Assembly: GCA_036785375.1 (NCBI GenBank)
Contig: JAWMAR010000028.1
Span: 10,044,001 to 10,108,000 of the forward strand
Source: Leucoraja ocellata
Lineage: Eukaryota
Length of the DNA: 64,000 nt
Direction of reading: 5' to 3'
Part shown: piece after piece, positions 1 through 12,198 of the stretch
Position numbering within the stretch: position 1 is the first letter of the stretch
Layout: every line of letters begins with the position of its first letter
Program-made: the position numbers and the translations under genes
Notes under the pieces: generated by a model
Told to the model about the DNA's origin: nothing
Databases searched by the model: none
The model's input: the letters and a program-made list of their open reading frames with translations, nothing else

Positions 1-600
1 GAATCGATGTAATGTGGTCTTTGAGTAATGGAGTCAGTGGATGACTTTAAACTGAATCAGTTTATACCTGACATTGATCGAACAAGTTTGGATTCTGGTC
101 AGACCTTCATTCCAAGTGTCGTCAGACACCTCGAAATTCAGCTCAGTAGACCAGGCTTCTTTCAGATGGGTAGTGGATACAGAGGTGGTGAATAGACTCA
201 CAAAGCGAGATATTAGATGTTTGGAGTCTGGAGGAAGCTGCAGGAGCTCATGGAGTGGGCAACTGTCAGGCATGGTTTGAAAATTTGCAATTTGATCTTT
301 AACGTAGTGCCTAATTTGGAGATAGCGAAAAAAATGAGTTGGAAAGGTTAAATTTTGATTTCAGCTGATTAAACGAAGCAAACTTTTTGTCAATATATAG
401 ATCTCTGAGGGCCGCAAGGCCCTTGTCCCTCCAGACAGCAAACACCCCATCCGTCTGTGATGGCAAAAAGGAGTGGTTGTGACATATGGGGGTGTAAATA
501 GAGACATTTGACAATGTACTGAAACTTCTTATCTGATTTAAATAAAACGGGTGATCATTGGGCGGCATGGACTCGAAGGGCCAAAGGGCTTGAGTGGATT
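1..600 (-). mobile_element. Degenerate L1/Tx1-clade LINE ORF2 fragment (C-terminal region)
   Basis: ORFs 34-273 and 311-568 (WSTELN...CSINVRYKLIQFKVIH) resemble the C-terminal part of the L1-type ORF at 40060-41965; frameshifted; right boundary approximate. Confidence 0.8.
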
Positions 601-1301
601 AGCTGTCTGATCTGTTCCAACCGGTTCTGGCTGTTGAATAAAACGAAAAACAGCCTTTTGTCTAATTAGAGGAACTGAAATTAATCTTCTGGGATTAGTA
701 GAAATCTTGCAAATTACCCATAGATCGCAGAATTCCCCTTTGTATCTGCTTCAGATTTTACAGTAAATGGCACTCTGGTGCTTTAGAACTCTGGTCTTTA
801 AGGCAGTAACAGTTAGTTTCTATACTAACTTTTCATTCTTCTGAACATAAAATATATAACACTACTCTGCAACACTGATCTGAATGTGGGCTGAATTTAT
901 CATGCAGTAGGAAGCAACCTAGACTTTAATAGAGTCGGGCCAAGTCCATGGACACTTTCACCAGGTCTCTCCTGCTTATTTGCTTGTGTTGAACAAAGGC
1001 CAATAACATTTTACAATGCTGGATTTATCAGCAGTAATCAGTTTGATAGTACAAGAGCTGCTGCATTAATCTGTGCACTGTCCATGAAGGCCCAAAGCTT
1101 TTGCATTTTTCAGCTTAAATTGGGGCAATCTGGTGCAAACTGTGACAAGTCTTTTATCTTAAACTTGAATGCAATATTTATGCTTTAAATTGGATTAGCT
1201 ATAAATAAGATTAGGCTAAATTACATTCCTAATTACATTCCACAGTAGAGCCAGGCTCTGATCAACAGGTGCAGCACATGAATGATCTTAGTGTATTCAT
1301 G

Positions 1302-4240
1302 GAAACATAGAAAATAGGTGCAGGAGTAGGCCATTCGACCCTTCGAGCCTGCACCGCCATTCAATATGATCATGGCTGATCATCCAACTCAGTATCCCAT
1401 CCCTGCCTTCTCTCCATACCCCCTGATCTCTTTAGCCACAAGGGCCACATCTAGCTCCCTCTTAAATATAGCCAATGAACTGGCCTCAACTACCTTCTGT
1501 GGCAGAGAATTCCACAGATTCACCACTCTCTGTGTAAAAAATGATTTTCTCATCTCAGTCCTAAAAGATTTCCCTCTTATCCTTAAACTGTGACCCATAT
1601 TTCTGGACTTCCCCAACATTGGGAATAATCTTCTTGCGTCTAGCCTGTCCAACCCCTTAAGAATTTTGTAAGTTTCTATAAGATCCCCCCTCAATCTTCT
1701 AAATTCTAGCGTGTACAAGCCAAGTCTATCCAGTCTTTCTTCATATGAAAGTCCTGCCATCCCAGGAATCAGTCTGGTGAACCTTCGCTGTCTTTCCTCA
1801 GATTAGGAGACAAAAACTGTATGCTATACTCCAGGTCTGGTCTCACCAAGACCCTGTAGAACTGCAGTGGAACCTCCCTGCTCTTATACTCAAATCCTTT
1901 TGTTATGAATGCTAACATACCATTTGCTTTCTTCACTGCCTGCTGCACCTGCATGCCTACTTTCAATGACTGGTGTACCATGACACCCAGGTCTCGTTGC
2001 ATCTCCCCTTTTCCTAATCGGTCACCATTCAGATAATTTTACTTTCCCGTTTTTGCCACCAAAGTGGATAACCTCACATTTATCCACATTATACTGAATC
2101 TGCCATGCATTTGCCCACTCACCTAACCTATCCAAGTCACCTTGCAGCCTCCTAGCATCCTCCTCACAGCTAACACTGCCCCCCAGCTTCGTGTCAGCCG
2201 CAAACTTGGAGATGTTGCATTCAATTCCCTCATACAGATCATTAATATATATTGTAAATAGCTGGGGTCCCAGCACTGAGCCTTGCAGTCAAGAGCGGAA
2301 CTCGCTATCAAAACATGGAGGGGACGGGGGACACAATTTTTTGGGTGCCACGCGTGCATGCGCACACTCACACACACACGCGCGAGGCTTCGGAGGCTCA
2401 ATCCAGCCCTAAAAGCGGAGATTTTAAAATTGGGATCACAAAAACTTGGGGGCGATGTCCCCCACCTCTCAAAACATGGGGGGGACATGTCCCCCCTGCC
2501 CCCCCCGGGTTTTCTGCCCCTGCTTGCGGTACCCCTCTAGTCACTGCCTGCCATTCTGAAAAGGACCCGTTTACTCCTACTCTTTGCTGCCTGTCTGCCA
2601 GCCAGTTCTCTATCCACATCAATACTGAACCCCCAATGCCGTGTGCTTTAAGTTTGCATACTAATCTCTTATGTGGGACCTTGTCGACAGCCTTCTGAAA
2701 GTCCAGATATAACACATCCACTGGTTCTCCCTTATCCACTCTACTAGTTACATCCTCGAAAAATTCTATAAGATTCGTCAGACATGATTTACCTTTCATA
2801 AATCCATGCTGACTTTGTCCAATGAATTCACCACTTTCCAAATGTGCTGCTATCCCATCTTTAATAACTGACTGCAGAATTTTCCCCACCACCGATGTTA
2901 GACTAACTGGTCTGTAATTCCCCGTTTTCTCTCTCCCTCTCTTTTTAAAAAGTGGGGCTACATTAGCTACCCTCCAGTCCTCAGGAATACTCCAGAATCT
3001 AAAGAGTTTTGAAAAATTATCACTAATGCATCCACTATTTCTGCAGCTACTTCCTTAAGTACTCTGGGTTGCAACGTATCTGGCCCTGGGGATTTATCGG
3101 CCTTTAATCAATTCAATTTACCTAACACCACTTCCTGGCTAACCTGGATTTCACTCAGTTCCTCCATCTCATTTAATCCCCGGTCCCTTGCTATTTCCGG
3201 CAGATTATTTATGTCTTCCTTAGTGAAGACAGACCAAAGTAGTTATTAAATTTGTCTGCCGTGTCCTTGTTCCCCATGATCAATTTGCCTGTTTCTGACT
3301 GCAAGGGACCTACATTTGTTTTAACTAATCTTTTCCTCTTCACATATCTATAAAAACTTTTGCAGTCAGTTTTTATGTTCCCTGCCAGTTTTCTTTCATA
3401 ATCTATTTTCCCTTTCCTAATTAAGCCTTTTGTCCTCCTCTGCTGGACTCTGAATTTCTCCCAGTCCTCTGGTAGGCTGCTTTTTCAGGCTAATTTGTAT
3501 GCTTCATCTTTTGTTTTGATGCTATCCCTGATTTCCCTTGTTATCCATGGATGCACTACCTTCCCTGATTTATTCTTTTGCCAAACTGAACAATTGTTGT
3601 AGTTTATCCATGCAGTTTTTAAATGCCTTCCATTGCATATCCACCGTCAACCCTTTAAGAACCAATTGCCAGTCTATCTTGGCCACGTCTCATACCGTCA
3701 AAGTCACCTTTCTTTAAGTTCAGGTCCCTTGTTTCTGAATTAACAATGTCACTCTCCATCCTAATGAAGAACTCAACCATATTATGGTCACTCTTGCCCA
3801 AGGGGCCACGCACAAAAAGACTGTTAACTAACCCTTCCTCATTACTCAATGCCCAGTCTAGAATAGCCTGCTCTCTCGTTGGTTCCTCTACATGTTGGTT
3901 TAGAAACCTATCCCGCATACATTCCAAGAAATCCTCTTCCTCAGCACCCCAGCCAATTTGATTCACCCAATCTATATGTAGATTGAAGTCACGCATTATA
4001 ACTACTTTTCCTTTGTTGCATGCATTTCTAATTTCCTGTTTAATGCTATCCCCAACTCCACTACTACTGTTAGGTGGCCTGTACACAACTCCCACTAGCA
4101 TTTCTGCCCCTTAGTGTTTCGCAGCTCTATCCATATCGATTCCACATCCTCCAAGCTAATGTCCTTCCTTTCTAATGCGTTATTCTCCTCTCTAACCAGC
4201 AACGCTACCCCACCTCCTTTTCCTTTCTGTCTATCCCTCC
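1302..4240 (-). mobile_element. CR1-clade LINE, 5'-truncated and degenerate (endonuclease + RT + 3' tail)
   Basis: Peptides VGVVYRPPN, GKSDHNMVEF, QHGFMKGKSCLTNL, YLDFQKAVDKVPH, GVPQ, KFAADTKLGG, YEERLDRLGLYTLE; (TTCTATGT)-type tail near 1302. Confidence 0.92.
2290..2522. mobile_element. hAT-like MITE nested in the CR1 RT
   Basis: Interrupts the GVPQ/GSVLGP region; imperfect TIRs (CAAGAGCGG / CAGGGGCAG); 8-bp TSD CTTGCAGT (2282-2289) vs CTTGCGGT (2523-2530). Confidence 0.7.
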
Positions 4241-5344
4241 TCACATATTCATGTATGGAAATCAGATTATAATCAAGCACTTGGCCCATGTTGACCAACC
4301 TGGGTCTCACTGCACACCTGGCACTACTCCTGACCCTGACTGCAGTTGCATGCATTCTCTCATTCCTGACCCTGAGTCCAGCCTTACACCTGGCCCCCTA
4401 TTCTACCCTGATCATAGCTGCTTACCTGCTTAGGTTCCCAGTGCTGAACACTCCCATTGTCCCAGCTTTGACTGCATATCTAGTACTATTCCAGACCTTG
4501 ACTCTGGATGCACATTTGGCCTTGCTCCTATCCCCTCCACACTGACAATATATCTGGCCCACACATAAAGCTCAATTTCTGACCCCCTGGACTTAACCTA
4601 TTACGTTAAAGTCCACAGGTGCTTATCTAATGCAGTTATCTTTTATGAAGCACTTCACGGACCAATTTTTTATAACAAAATTTGCTCCATCCATTGACTT
4701 CCTTGGTATCTAACATGCTAGTTACTTTGTCAAATAAGTCATCAATTGGTTGAACACAATTTCTCATCCATAAAATTATACTCACTCAGCTGTATACGTA
4801 TTCTGTTACCACTTCCTTCATTTTCCTAACAAACTGTCCTGAAATCATTTTCACCCCCAATATTTTCAGTATTTTGCTGTGTTCCTCTCAGCTGGGACCT
4901 TTCCGAAATGCAAAGTCTAATAACTATATATTTAAGCAATAATATTCTATTTAATGTGATCTTAAGAGTACATAATATTTTCTGTGGTATTCATAGCACA
5001 ACAATGATAAAAAGATCTTTGTTTTGAGTGTACCTACCAACATGCGTACATTATTATATTACAGTTAATATGTACTGAGGGCAAATTTTTGTTCCAATTC
5101 TCCCCATTCCCAATTACGTTTACATTGAAGTGATTGAAATCCAACTGAAGTTTAAATGACATCAGAAAATTAAAACCTCCGGATGGATGATATTCATTAC
5201 GTGGTTGGTTGGAGTCAGTATCAGCACAATTACTATATTAAACTTTGAATCATCAGATGTCCTGGTTCAAGCTGAAACTAAAGAGAAATAATAACCACCT
5301 CACATATTCCCCTACAAGTATCTCTGTCATTCCTTTAAAATATG

Positions 5345-5790
5345 CCCCTTCTAAAATAAATTAACTTTTCCCAAATGTCTCACCCATTTGTGATAAATGT
5401 CAGTCACAAGAAGCTACCATAGCGCACTCTTTTGTTTTTTGTATAAAAATCCAAAAATTCTGGAACGAAATATTTGAAATCTTCACAAAATTATTAAAAA
5501 TAAAACTTGTACCAAAAGCAGAATGGATCATTTTTGGAATATCGGAAGGTAACACCGAATTAAATGTGTTTCAAAAGAACTTACTTAATTACGGGCTAAT
5601 AACGGGGAAAAAAGCTTATACTCAAATTTTGGAAAAATGCTCCAATACCAACAATAAAAATGTGGATTTCAAACATGTTCGAAACACTACACTTGGAAGA
5701 GATGAGACTCCTTCTAGCAGGCAAAGCAGACCACTTCCAAAAGACGTGGTCTGCATTTATGGAACTATTACAAGTATAAGGTGCTATAGT
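5345..5790 (+). mobile_element. L1/Tx1 ORF2 3' fragment
   Basis: Translates to FPNVSPICDKC...ATIAHSFVFC...KFWNEIF (CCHC region), homologous to the end of the ORF at 40060-41965. Confidence 0.75.
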
Positions 5791-5792
5791 AA

Positions 5793-6220
5793 TCTATATT
5801 ACTAAAACTCTGTTCTTGACCGGTTTCGGCTTTCTGTGCTGCAGTTTCCGAGAGTACGCCGCCACCTACGGCCGTCATTTTTGGCCACCTCACTCAGAGC
5901 CCCCCTCCGCCGCAGGTGTGCCGAGGATATTTCCCATCGATGAAAATTGACAGAGATATTAATGTTTTTACAACATTCCCCATTCTCTCTGCTGCCCCTG
6001 CTGGAGGGAGGGGGAGTGACTATAAAACCAGGAAGTGGTGTGCCTCAATCAGTCTCTGCAAGTGGTGTGCCTCACTCAGAGCTTTGAATGACACTGACAA
6101 ATGTCTACAGCACTGTGAGTATCCTTAATTTGGTTTGAAAATGAAAATATGGTTAGAGGTTAAAAAGCACTGCCTGCAAATAGTTGTTTGGGTTTGGGTT
6201 GAAGTAAAAAGGCACTCTTT
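5793..6220 (+). mobile_element. 5' fragment of the Helitron-like family found at 21064-27789
   Basis: Starts A|TCTATATTACTAAAACTCT; internal sequence matches about 21900-22330. Confidence 0.7.
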
Positions 6221-6599
6221 ATATAAGGGTTTTAGGCATTTTCTTTCCTTTTTAGTTCTAGAGAACTATATGTTTTTATAGATTATGTGTCTTCTGTGTG
6301 TCTTTTTAACTTGACTTGATTCTGAACAACCGCACAAGAGTTCCTATGTGTGTAAGCACAAATGGCAAATAAAGTTTTTGACCTTGACCTTTGGAGGGGG
6401 GGGGGAGGTTAGAAATAGGCAGTGAAGTAAACAAACATAATAGTTGAGTGGCAAATGACAATAGTGCTACCATCCCAATATTTAACTGAAGGAAATAATG
6501 GGTTGTCGGGGCTGTATGTTGTGACAGACAGCCCGACACATTGCATGTCATTTTAATATTACACTTATTCCAGCTTGCACTGAGGCTGCTCCATAGCTG

Positions 6600-6871
6600 G
6601 AGCTGCAGTGAGAGACTCGCCAATCCGGCAAACACTCACCAGCCCCGGCTCCCCACCTACATCTACCCCCGCCGCTGCTTCTGCTTCCATCCCTCCCTCC
6701 ACCCCGGCTCTCCAACACCCGTGGACCATGCAGTTGATATTAGTTTTGAAATTCTTGTTGATCACAGAATTTCTCGCGACAGAGCGCGAGAAATTTGTTA
6801 CAGCATGAGAGCGTGAGAATTTGGTGAAATGCATGATTCTCACGCTCAATGCGTGAGAGTTGGCAGCCCTG
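6600..6871. mobile_element. End of a hAT-like DNA element
   Basis: Ends GTTGGCAGCCCTG (reverse complement CAGGGCTGCCAAC); the same terminus opens an element at 18370; left boundary uncertain. Confidence 0.5.
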
Positions 6872-8560
6872 GTATATTCAAAGACGACCTCCATGCCTGT
6901 CTAGGGCAGAAAATTCCAAAGATTCACAACATTCTGAGAGCTAAAATCTCTCCTTATCTCACACGTACTTGTCTGACCCACTATTCCTGGCTGGTGATCC
7001 GGGGAATAATCTTCAGTGTGGAAATAAACACTATCCAACTAGTCTAAATAAACACAAAGACCTCAAAACGACTCTACTCCTCAAATGTTTCCACTCTGTT
7101 GTACTTTGTTGTATAATTGCATTATCAAATCATTATTTTATTTTCTGTTTCCTCCTCCCATACTCTTTTTTTAAATCATTGGTGATATCTTATATACATG
7201 GCCTTTGACCTATATGTGTCAGTAACTCATTTTAAATGATAAGAATTTTAAAGACAGTCATTTCGGTCTAATTGATATTCTATATCACAATTTCTTTGGG
7301 ATACCAGGTTCCCAAGAGGTTGTGCAGCTCGTATAGTTTATTTTTGCTGCAGCTCAAAAGTGTTTGTTAAATCAAAGTTGCTCTCCATATATTAAATTTC
7401 ATAAACGTAGAAGATTTAGAAAGCTAAATTCTAAACAAATAAACTTGTCACATTTACAGTAAGTGCTTTGACTGAACCTATAGAGTAACATTACTGTGAT
7501 TATATTTAAATCTCAGACCATCAGGATTCACAGACTATCATGAGAAAGAGCTCAGATAATTATACAGTTTATTAAAACCCGCAACATTAGTCAATATAAT
7601 CAGTAGTACAAGTGTCCACACAAGTTCTCAGATATTCACTCGCTTTTAGAACCAGCCAAATCATTCATTCTAGACATGCAATCTTTCCTGGACTGACAGC
7701 ATTGCAAAATGTACTGGAACTGGACTTTGTTTAAAATGATTGCAAGTGTCACTGAAATTCCTGGTTTTAACGTTGGAAACTTATTATTCTCAAATGTTGA
7801 CAATAGTAAAGTTGACAATATTATATTCTAATTGTGAAAAATCTTTGCTACTATTTTAAATTACTTAATTTGAGAGGTGTATTCAGTCAAAAAATAAATA
7901 CTATTTTAATTAATTTGTTTCGTCTACATTATTGCAGGAAAAATTATTGAAATAACATGTGTGGACAGTAATGCAAATTGAGTTTAACAATAGTTTAGTT
8001 CAATGAGTACAATTCATTTGGTTTGGATTTCCGGTTCCTGCTTCAGAAAACGGAGTCACCGACCAATGGTCCTCAGCTGAGAGTTCAGTACCTAAACCAG
8101 CACACAGTTCCGAGATTCAGCCACAATGGAAGATGTCCCAGTTCAATGTGTTAGGAATTCATTGCAAAAGTGGTTCAAATGTACTGGGAAGAATGCAGAA
8201 CAGTAAGTGTAAAGTGCCTTGCTCCTGGCTCACATATGGCCTCCCATTCCCCACAGGGGAAGGATGGGATCAAGTCCAGCACCATTTTGCATCTGAAAAA
8301 ACTAGATCTGTTTCACTGAAGAATGCTAATAGTTTGAATTGTTCCTGGCACATGGGAGAGAGATATCAAAAATGGATTTGTTTAGGCCAGAGAACTTTTT
8401 GAAGTGAATTGTTTGTGCACTATTTCCTTAGCTAGGTACTATTCCTTGCAGAACGCCAACACATTCAAATTACAGAGTAAAGTGCCCTAAGTTTGTCTAC
8501 TGTACACTTTTTAGATAGCAGCTGTTGGTAATGTTTTGAATCGTGTTATAACCCAACACC

Positions 8561-8566
8561 TTTATT
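8561..8566 (-). terminator. Candidate polyadenylation signal of copy A
   Basis: AATAAA about 90 nt after the stop codon; also present in copy C (49486-49491); more distal signals exist. Confidence 0.4.
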
Positions 8567-8656
8567 TCCCAACTCCCTGCCCCTAGCAGCACAGTCCCAG
8601 AGATTGATCGGTGCTAGAAGTGTGAATGTCCATTCCTTCGATCCTTTGTTTACACT

Positions 8657-8826
8657 TCACAGTATCTCTCCTGCTATTTTGTAAGATTTTATCAAGTTGC
8701 TTCTGCGAAAGGCATAAAACAGAGCAGAACATATCAGTCCTGCTGATACAAGTGCGGCTCCTATACACACTGCTTCCAGAACACCCGCAGGATTCTCGGC
8801 AGGAGTTGCGATATCAGGTATTTTTT
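8657..8826 (-). CDS. VCAM1: VCAM1-like copy A, terminal exon: stalk, transmembrane segment, cytoplasmic tail
   Basis: ttgcAG acceptor, phase 1; EKIPDIATPAENPAGVLEAVCIGAALVSAGLICSALFYAFRRSNLIKSYKIAGEIL*; tail resembles human IYFARKANMKGSYSL; this frame is not in the supplied ORF track. Confidence 0.88.
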
Positions 8827-8906
8827 CTGCAAATAGACAGAAGAATATTTTTTAAAACAATATCAGTAAAATACATTCTCCACACAACAATTCTCAATCT
8901 ATACTT

Positions 8907-9466
8907 TTTTTTTCACTTAAAGTTTTATTGATTTTTCAGTGATATATACAAACCAGTGCAACACCACCATAAATAAAACAAAATAAGAAAAACAGCAATC
9001 AAAATTAAAAAATAAGTAGATAGGGGGAAAAAAAAAGTGAATAAATAAAAAATTGGAATAAGACCGTGTGGTTCACTTACCAAATAAAAAAAGAAAATAC
9101 ATTACATTGATTAGTTATCTGGAGATAATTCAATATTCATACAAACATACCATCTAGTTATATATAACACAATCTTCCCATATCTAGCTCGGCATTTATC
9201 TAATTGGTGTCATGGCTCAAATAAATGGTCCATTTTCCCCAGATCTTCTCTAAAGAATTCTCCTTGACTCTCAAGGAATATGTCAATTTCTCCATATTAA
9301 AGATATCTCGCACAATTTCTAACCACTGTTCCTGTTTTGGACTTTTTTCATTAAGCCACTGCCTGGTAATGGCCTTCTTACTTGCTGCAAGCAAAACTTT
9401 AATCAAATATGTATCTTCTATTTTTTACAATATCTTCAATACGCCCCAGATACTTCACAGGGCAGG
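8907..9466 (-). mobile_element. 5'-truncated L1/Tx1 insertion in the last intron of copy A, sense orientation
   Basis: ORF 9200-9406 is an L1-type C-terminus; AATAAA at 8929-8924 followed by an A-run; 13-bp TSD TCAATCTATACTT (8894-8906, 9467-9479); absent from copy C. Confidence 0.88.
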
Positions 9467-9487
9467 TCAATCTATACTTAAACTTAC

Positions 9488-9743
9488 CGATAACTTGTAT
9501 TTCCACAAATCCTGTCTGTTTCCCAAGTTTATTAATCGCTTTGACCTTACAAAGCCCAGCATCACTTGGTGTATTTTTCATGGATTGTAAAGTTATCGTT
9601 ACTGAAGGACAGCACATTTTCACTTTTGTTCACTAGTTTCTTCCAGGTGAAATTGGCTAAGTGGATGTTATGAATGGTGCAGCCAATGGTGACCTTTTCT
9701 CCTTCATCGACCAGTTTGGAAGGATGAGCCCAAACAGTGAGGT
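9488..9743 (-). pseudogene. Frameshifted extra Ig exon of copy A
   Basis: 256 bp between AG and GTAAGT; DLTVWAHPSKLVDEGEKVTIGC...NFTIHEKYTK* (stop 9564-9562); Ig homology continues in another frame (TPSDAGLCKVKAINKLG); F-strand Cys missing. Confidence 0.8.
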
Positions 9744-10469
9744 CTGGTGATGAGGGGGAAAATACATGTCCATTGACTCTATACATCTACCTGATCTATA
9801 CATATCATTATGTCTATTAATGATTGTTACAATCATAGATTATTGCAATGTATAATAATCACCATGACTTGTCAGCTCAAGTTTCTGTTCAAGGAATTAG
9901 GCACAAAAAGCTAGAAAGTCTCTCCAGTCCTGTGCCAAAGGATGGCAGCAGTTAGTTACACTTTCACATACGTTGTTAAATTAAAACCCCCTCTAGTTGA
10001 CATAAAAGATTTTGTAACACAATTTTAAATTTAAAGTGCCAGAGTTCTGCCCAGTTTATTCCTGCATCCTGGTCAATATTTATCACTAAACCAACATCAG
10101 TCTGAAGAAGGATCCCAACTTGAAACGTTACCCATCCATGTTCTCCAGGGATGTTACCTGACACACTGAGTTACTCCAGAACTTTGTGTCTTGTTGTTGT
10201 TGTAAATCAGCATATACAATTTGTTTTTCTTCATCATTACAACTAATTGGTTTTCCTCACATTGCTCTTTGTGAGAATGTGCTGCACCACATTTCGTTGC
10301 TTCACATGTCAAAGGCACTTTATTGGTGATAAAGTGTTTGCGTAGTCCTGAATGGTATGAATGTTCCCCCATAAATCCACATCATTCTTTCCCCCCCCTC
10401 GTAATAATTCAAGTGAAAATACTTTTCACATTCAGTTCCTGTAAATTTCTCATTAATTTCCTTACAAAC

Positions 10470-10733
10470 CTTGAACCTGGAGTTTGGTGATGTTGATCTG
10501 CTTCCCCAGAGCATTAGTGGCCTCACATTGATACAGCCCTGCATCAGCTGGCTGGACATCACGGATTGTCAATGTCCCATTCTCAGAGTCTAGCTCGCTC
10601 CATCCGCTCGATGACTGCCTCCTCAGTACAAGGTGGGCAGGGGGGTTGGACTGGGTTGTGCAGCTGAACGTGACCCTGTCTCCTTCCTTCACAGTAGAGG
10701 GGGTGATGGAGAGAGTGGTGTCCCTGGGGCTAC
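10470..10733 (-). CDS. VCAM1: VCAM1-like copy A exon 6, Ig domain (D7-like, repeat 2)
   Basis: 264 bp, AG/GT, phase 1-1; VKEGDRVTFSC...DAGLYQCEATNALG resembles human D7 VKEGDTVIISC...DAGVYECESKNKVG. Confidence 0.88.
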
Positions 10734-10938
10734 CTGAAACCAGAGGCGTGAGAAATTAATGAATTGCAAAATGTTTAGACAAATCCGTGCGAAAAAACAG
10801 TCATAAAATGATACAGTGTTGAAACACGTCTTTCGGCTCAACTTGCCCAAACCAGCCATCATGTCCCAGCTACACTAGTCCTGCCCGCCCGTGTTTGGCC
10901 CATGTCCCTCCAAACCTATCCTATCCATGTACCTGTCT

Positions 10939-11766
10939 AAGGTACACAGGAATGCTGGAGAAACTCAGCGGGTGCAGCAGCATCTATGGAGCGAAGGAGA
11001 TAGGCAACGTTTTGGGCCGAAACACTTCTTCAGACTGATAGGGGGTGGGGGAAGGCGGGGAGAAGAAAGGAAAAAGGAGGAGGGGCCCGAGGGCTGAGGG
11101 AGAGATAGGAAGGGGAGGAGACAGCAAGGGTTAACAGAATTGTGAGAATTCAATGTTCATGCCCCCAGGATGCAGACTCCCCAAGGGGAATATGAGGTGC
11201 TGTTCCTCCAATTTCCAGTGTTGCTCACTCTGGCCGTGGAGGAGGCCCAGGTCAGAGAGGTCGGATACGGAATGGGAGGGGGAATTGAAGTGCTGAGCCA
11301 CCGTGAGGTCAGGTTGGTTAGTGCGGACCGAGCGGAGGTCTTCGGCAAAACGATCGCCAAGCCTACGCTTGGTCTCACCAATATAGATCAGCTGACATCT
11401 AGAGCATTTGGAGGAGGTGCAGGTGAACCTCTGTCGCACCTGGAACGACTGCTTGGGTCCTTGAATGGAGTCAAGGGGGGAGGTAAAGCGACCAGTGTGT
11501 CGCATCTCTTGCGGTTGCAAGGGAAAGTACCTGGGGAAGGGGTGGAGCGGGAGGGAAGGGAAGAATTGACAAGGGAGTTACGGAGGGAGCAGTCTTTGTG
11601 GAAGGCAGACGGGGGGGGGGGGGGGGGGGGGAGATGGGAAGATGTGGCGAGTGGTGGGGTCACATTGGAGGTGGCGAAACTGACGGAGGACTATTTGTTG
11701 TATGTGCCAGCTAGTGGGGTGAAAGGTGAGGACCAGGGGGACTCTGCCCTTATTGCGAGTGGGGGG
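10939..11766 (-). mobile_element. Penelope-like element fragment (GIY-YIG region + terminal repeat)
   Basis: CSRCQLIYIGETKRRLGDRF motif; 13-bp flanking duplication CATGTACCTGTCT; same insertion at the equivalent site in copy C. Confidence 0.85.
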
Positions 11767-11934
11767 CATGTACCTGTCTCTTAAATGTTGGGATAGTCCC
11801 AGCCTCAACTACCATGGATGGTATGAATGTTCCCCCATAAATCCAAATCATTCTTGTCCCCCCTCGTAAGAATTTAAGTGAAAATACTTTTCACATTCAG
11901 TTCCTGTAAATTTCTCATTAAGTTCCACACAAAC

Positions 11935-12198
11935 CTTGAACCTGGAGTTTGGTGATGTTGATCTGCTTCCCCAGAGCATTAGTGGCCTCACATTGATACA
12001 GCCCTGCATCAGCTGGCTGGACATCACGGATTGTCAATGTCCCATTCTCAGAGTCTAGCTTGCTCCATCCGCTCGATGACTGCCTCCTCAGTACAAGCTG
12101 GGCAGCGGGGTTGGACTGGGTTGTGCAACTGAACGTGACCCTGTCTCCTTCCTTCACAGCAGAGGGGGTGATGGAGAGAGTGGTGTCCCTGGGGCTAC
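11935..12198 (-). CDS. VCAM1: VCAM1-like copy A exon 5, Ig domain (D7-like, repeat 1)
   Basis: 264 bp, AG/GT, phase 1-1; GSPRDTTLSITPSAVKEGDRVTFSC...KLQVQ. Confidence 0.88.

Noticed and set aside
8583-8768. ORF-track peptides MYRSRTC... and MRRSHIC... (49508-49690) as the terminal exon
   Set aside because: Wrong frame; the phase-1 frame from the acceptor gives the TM and cytoplasmic tail
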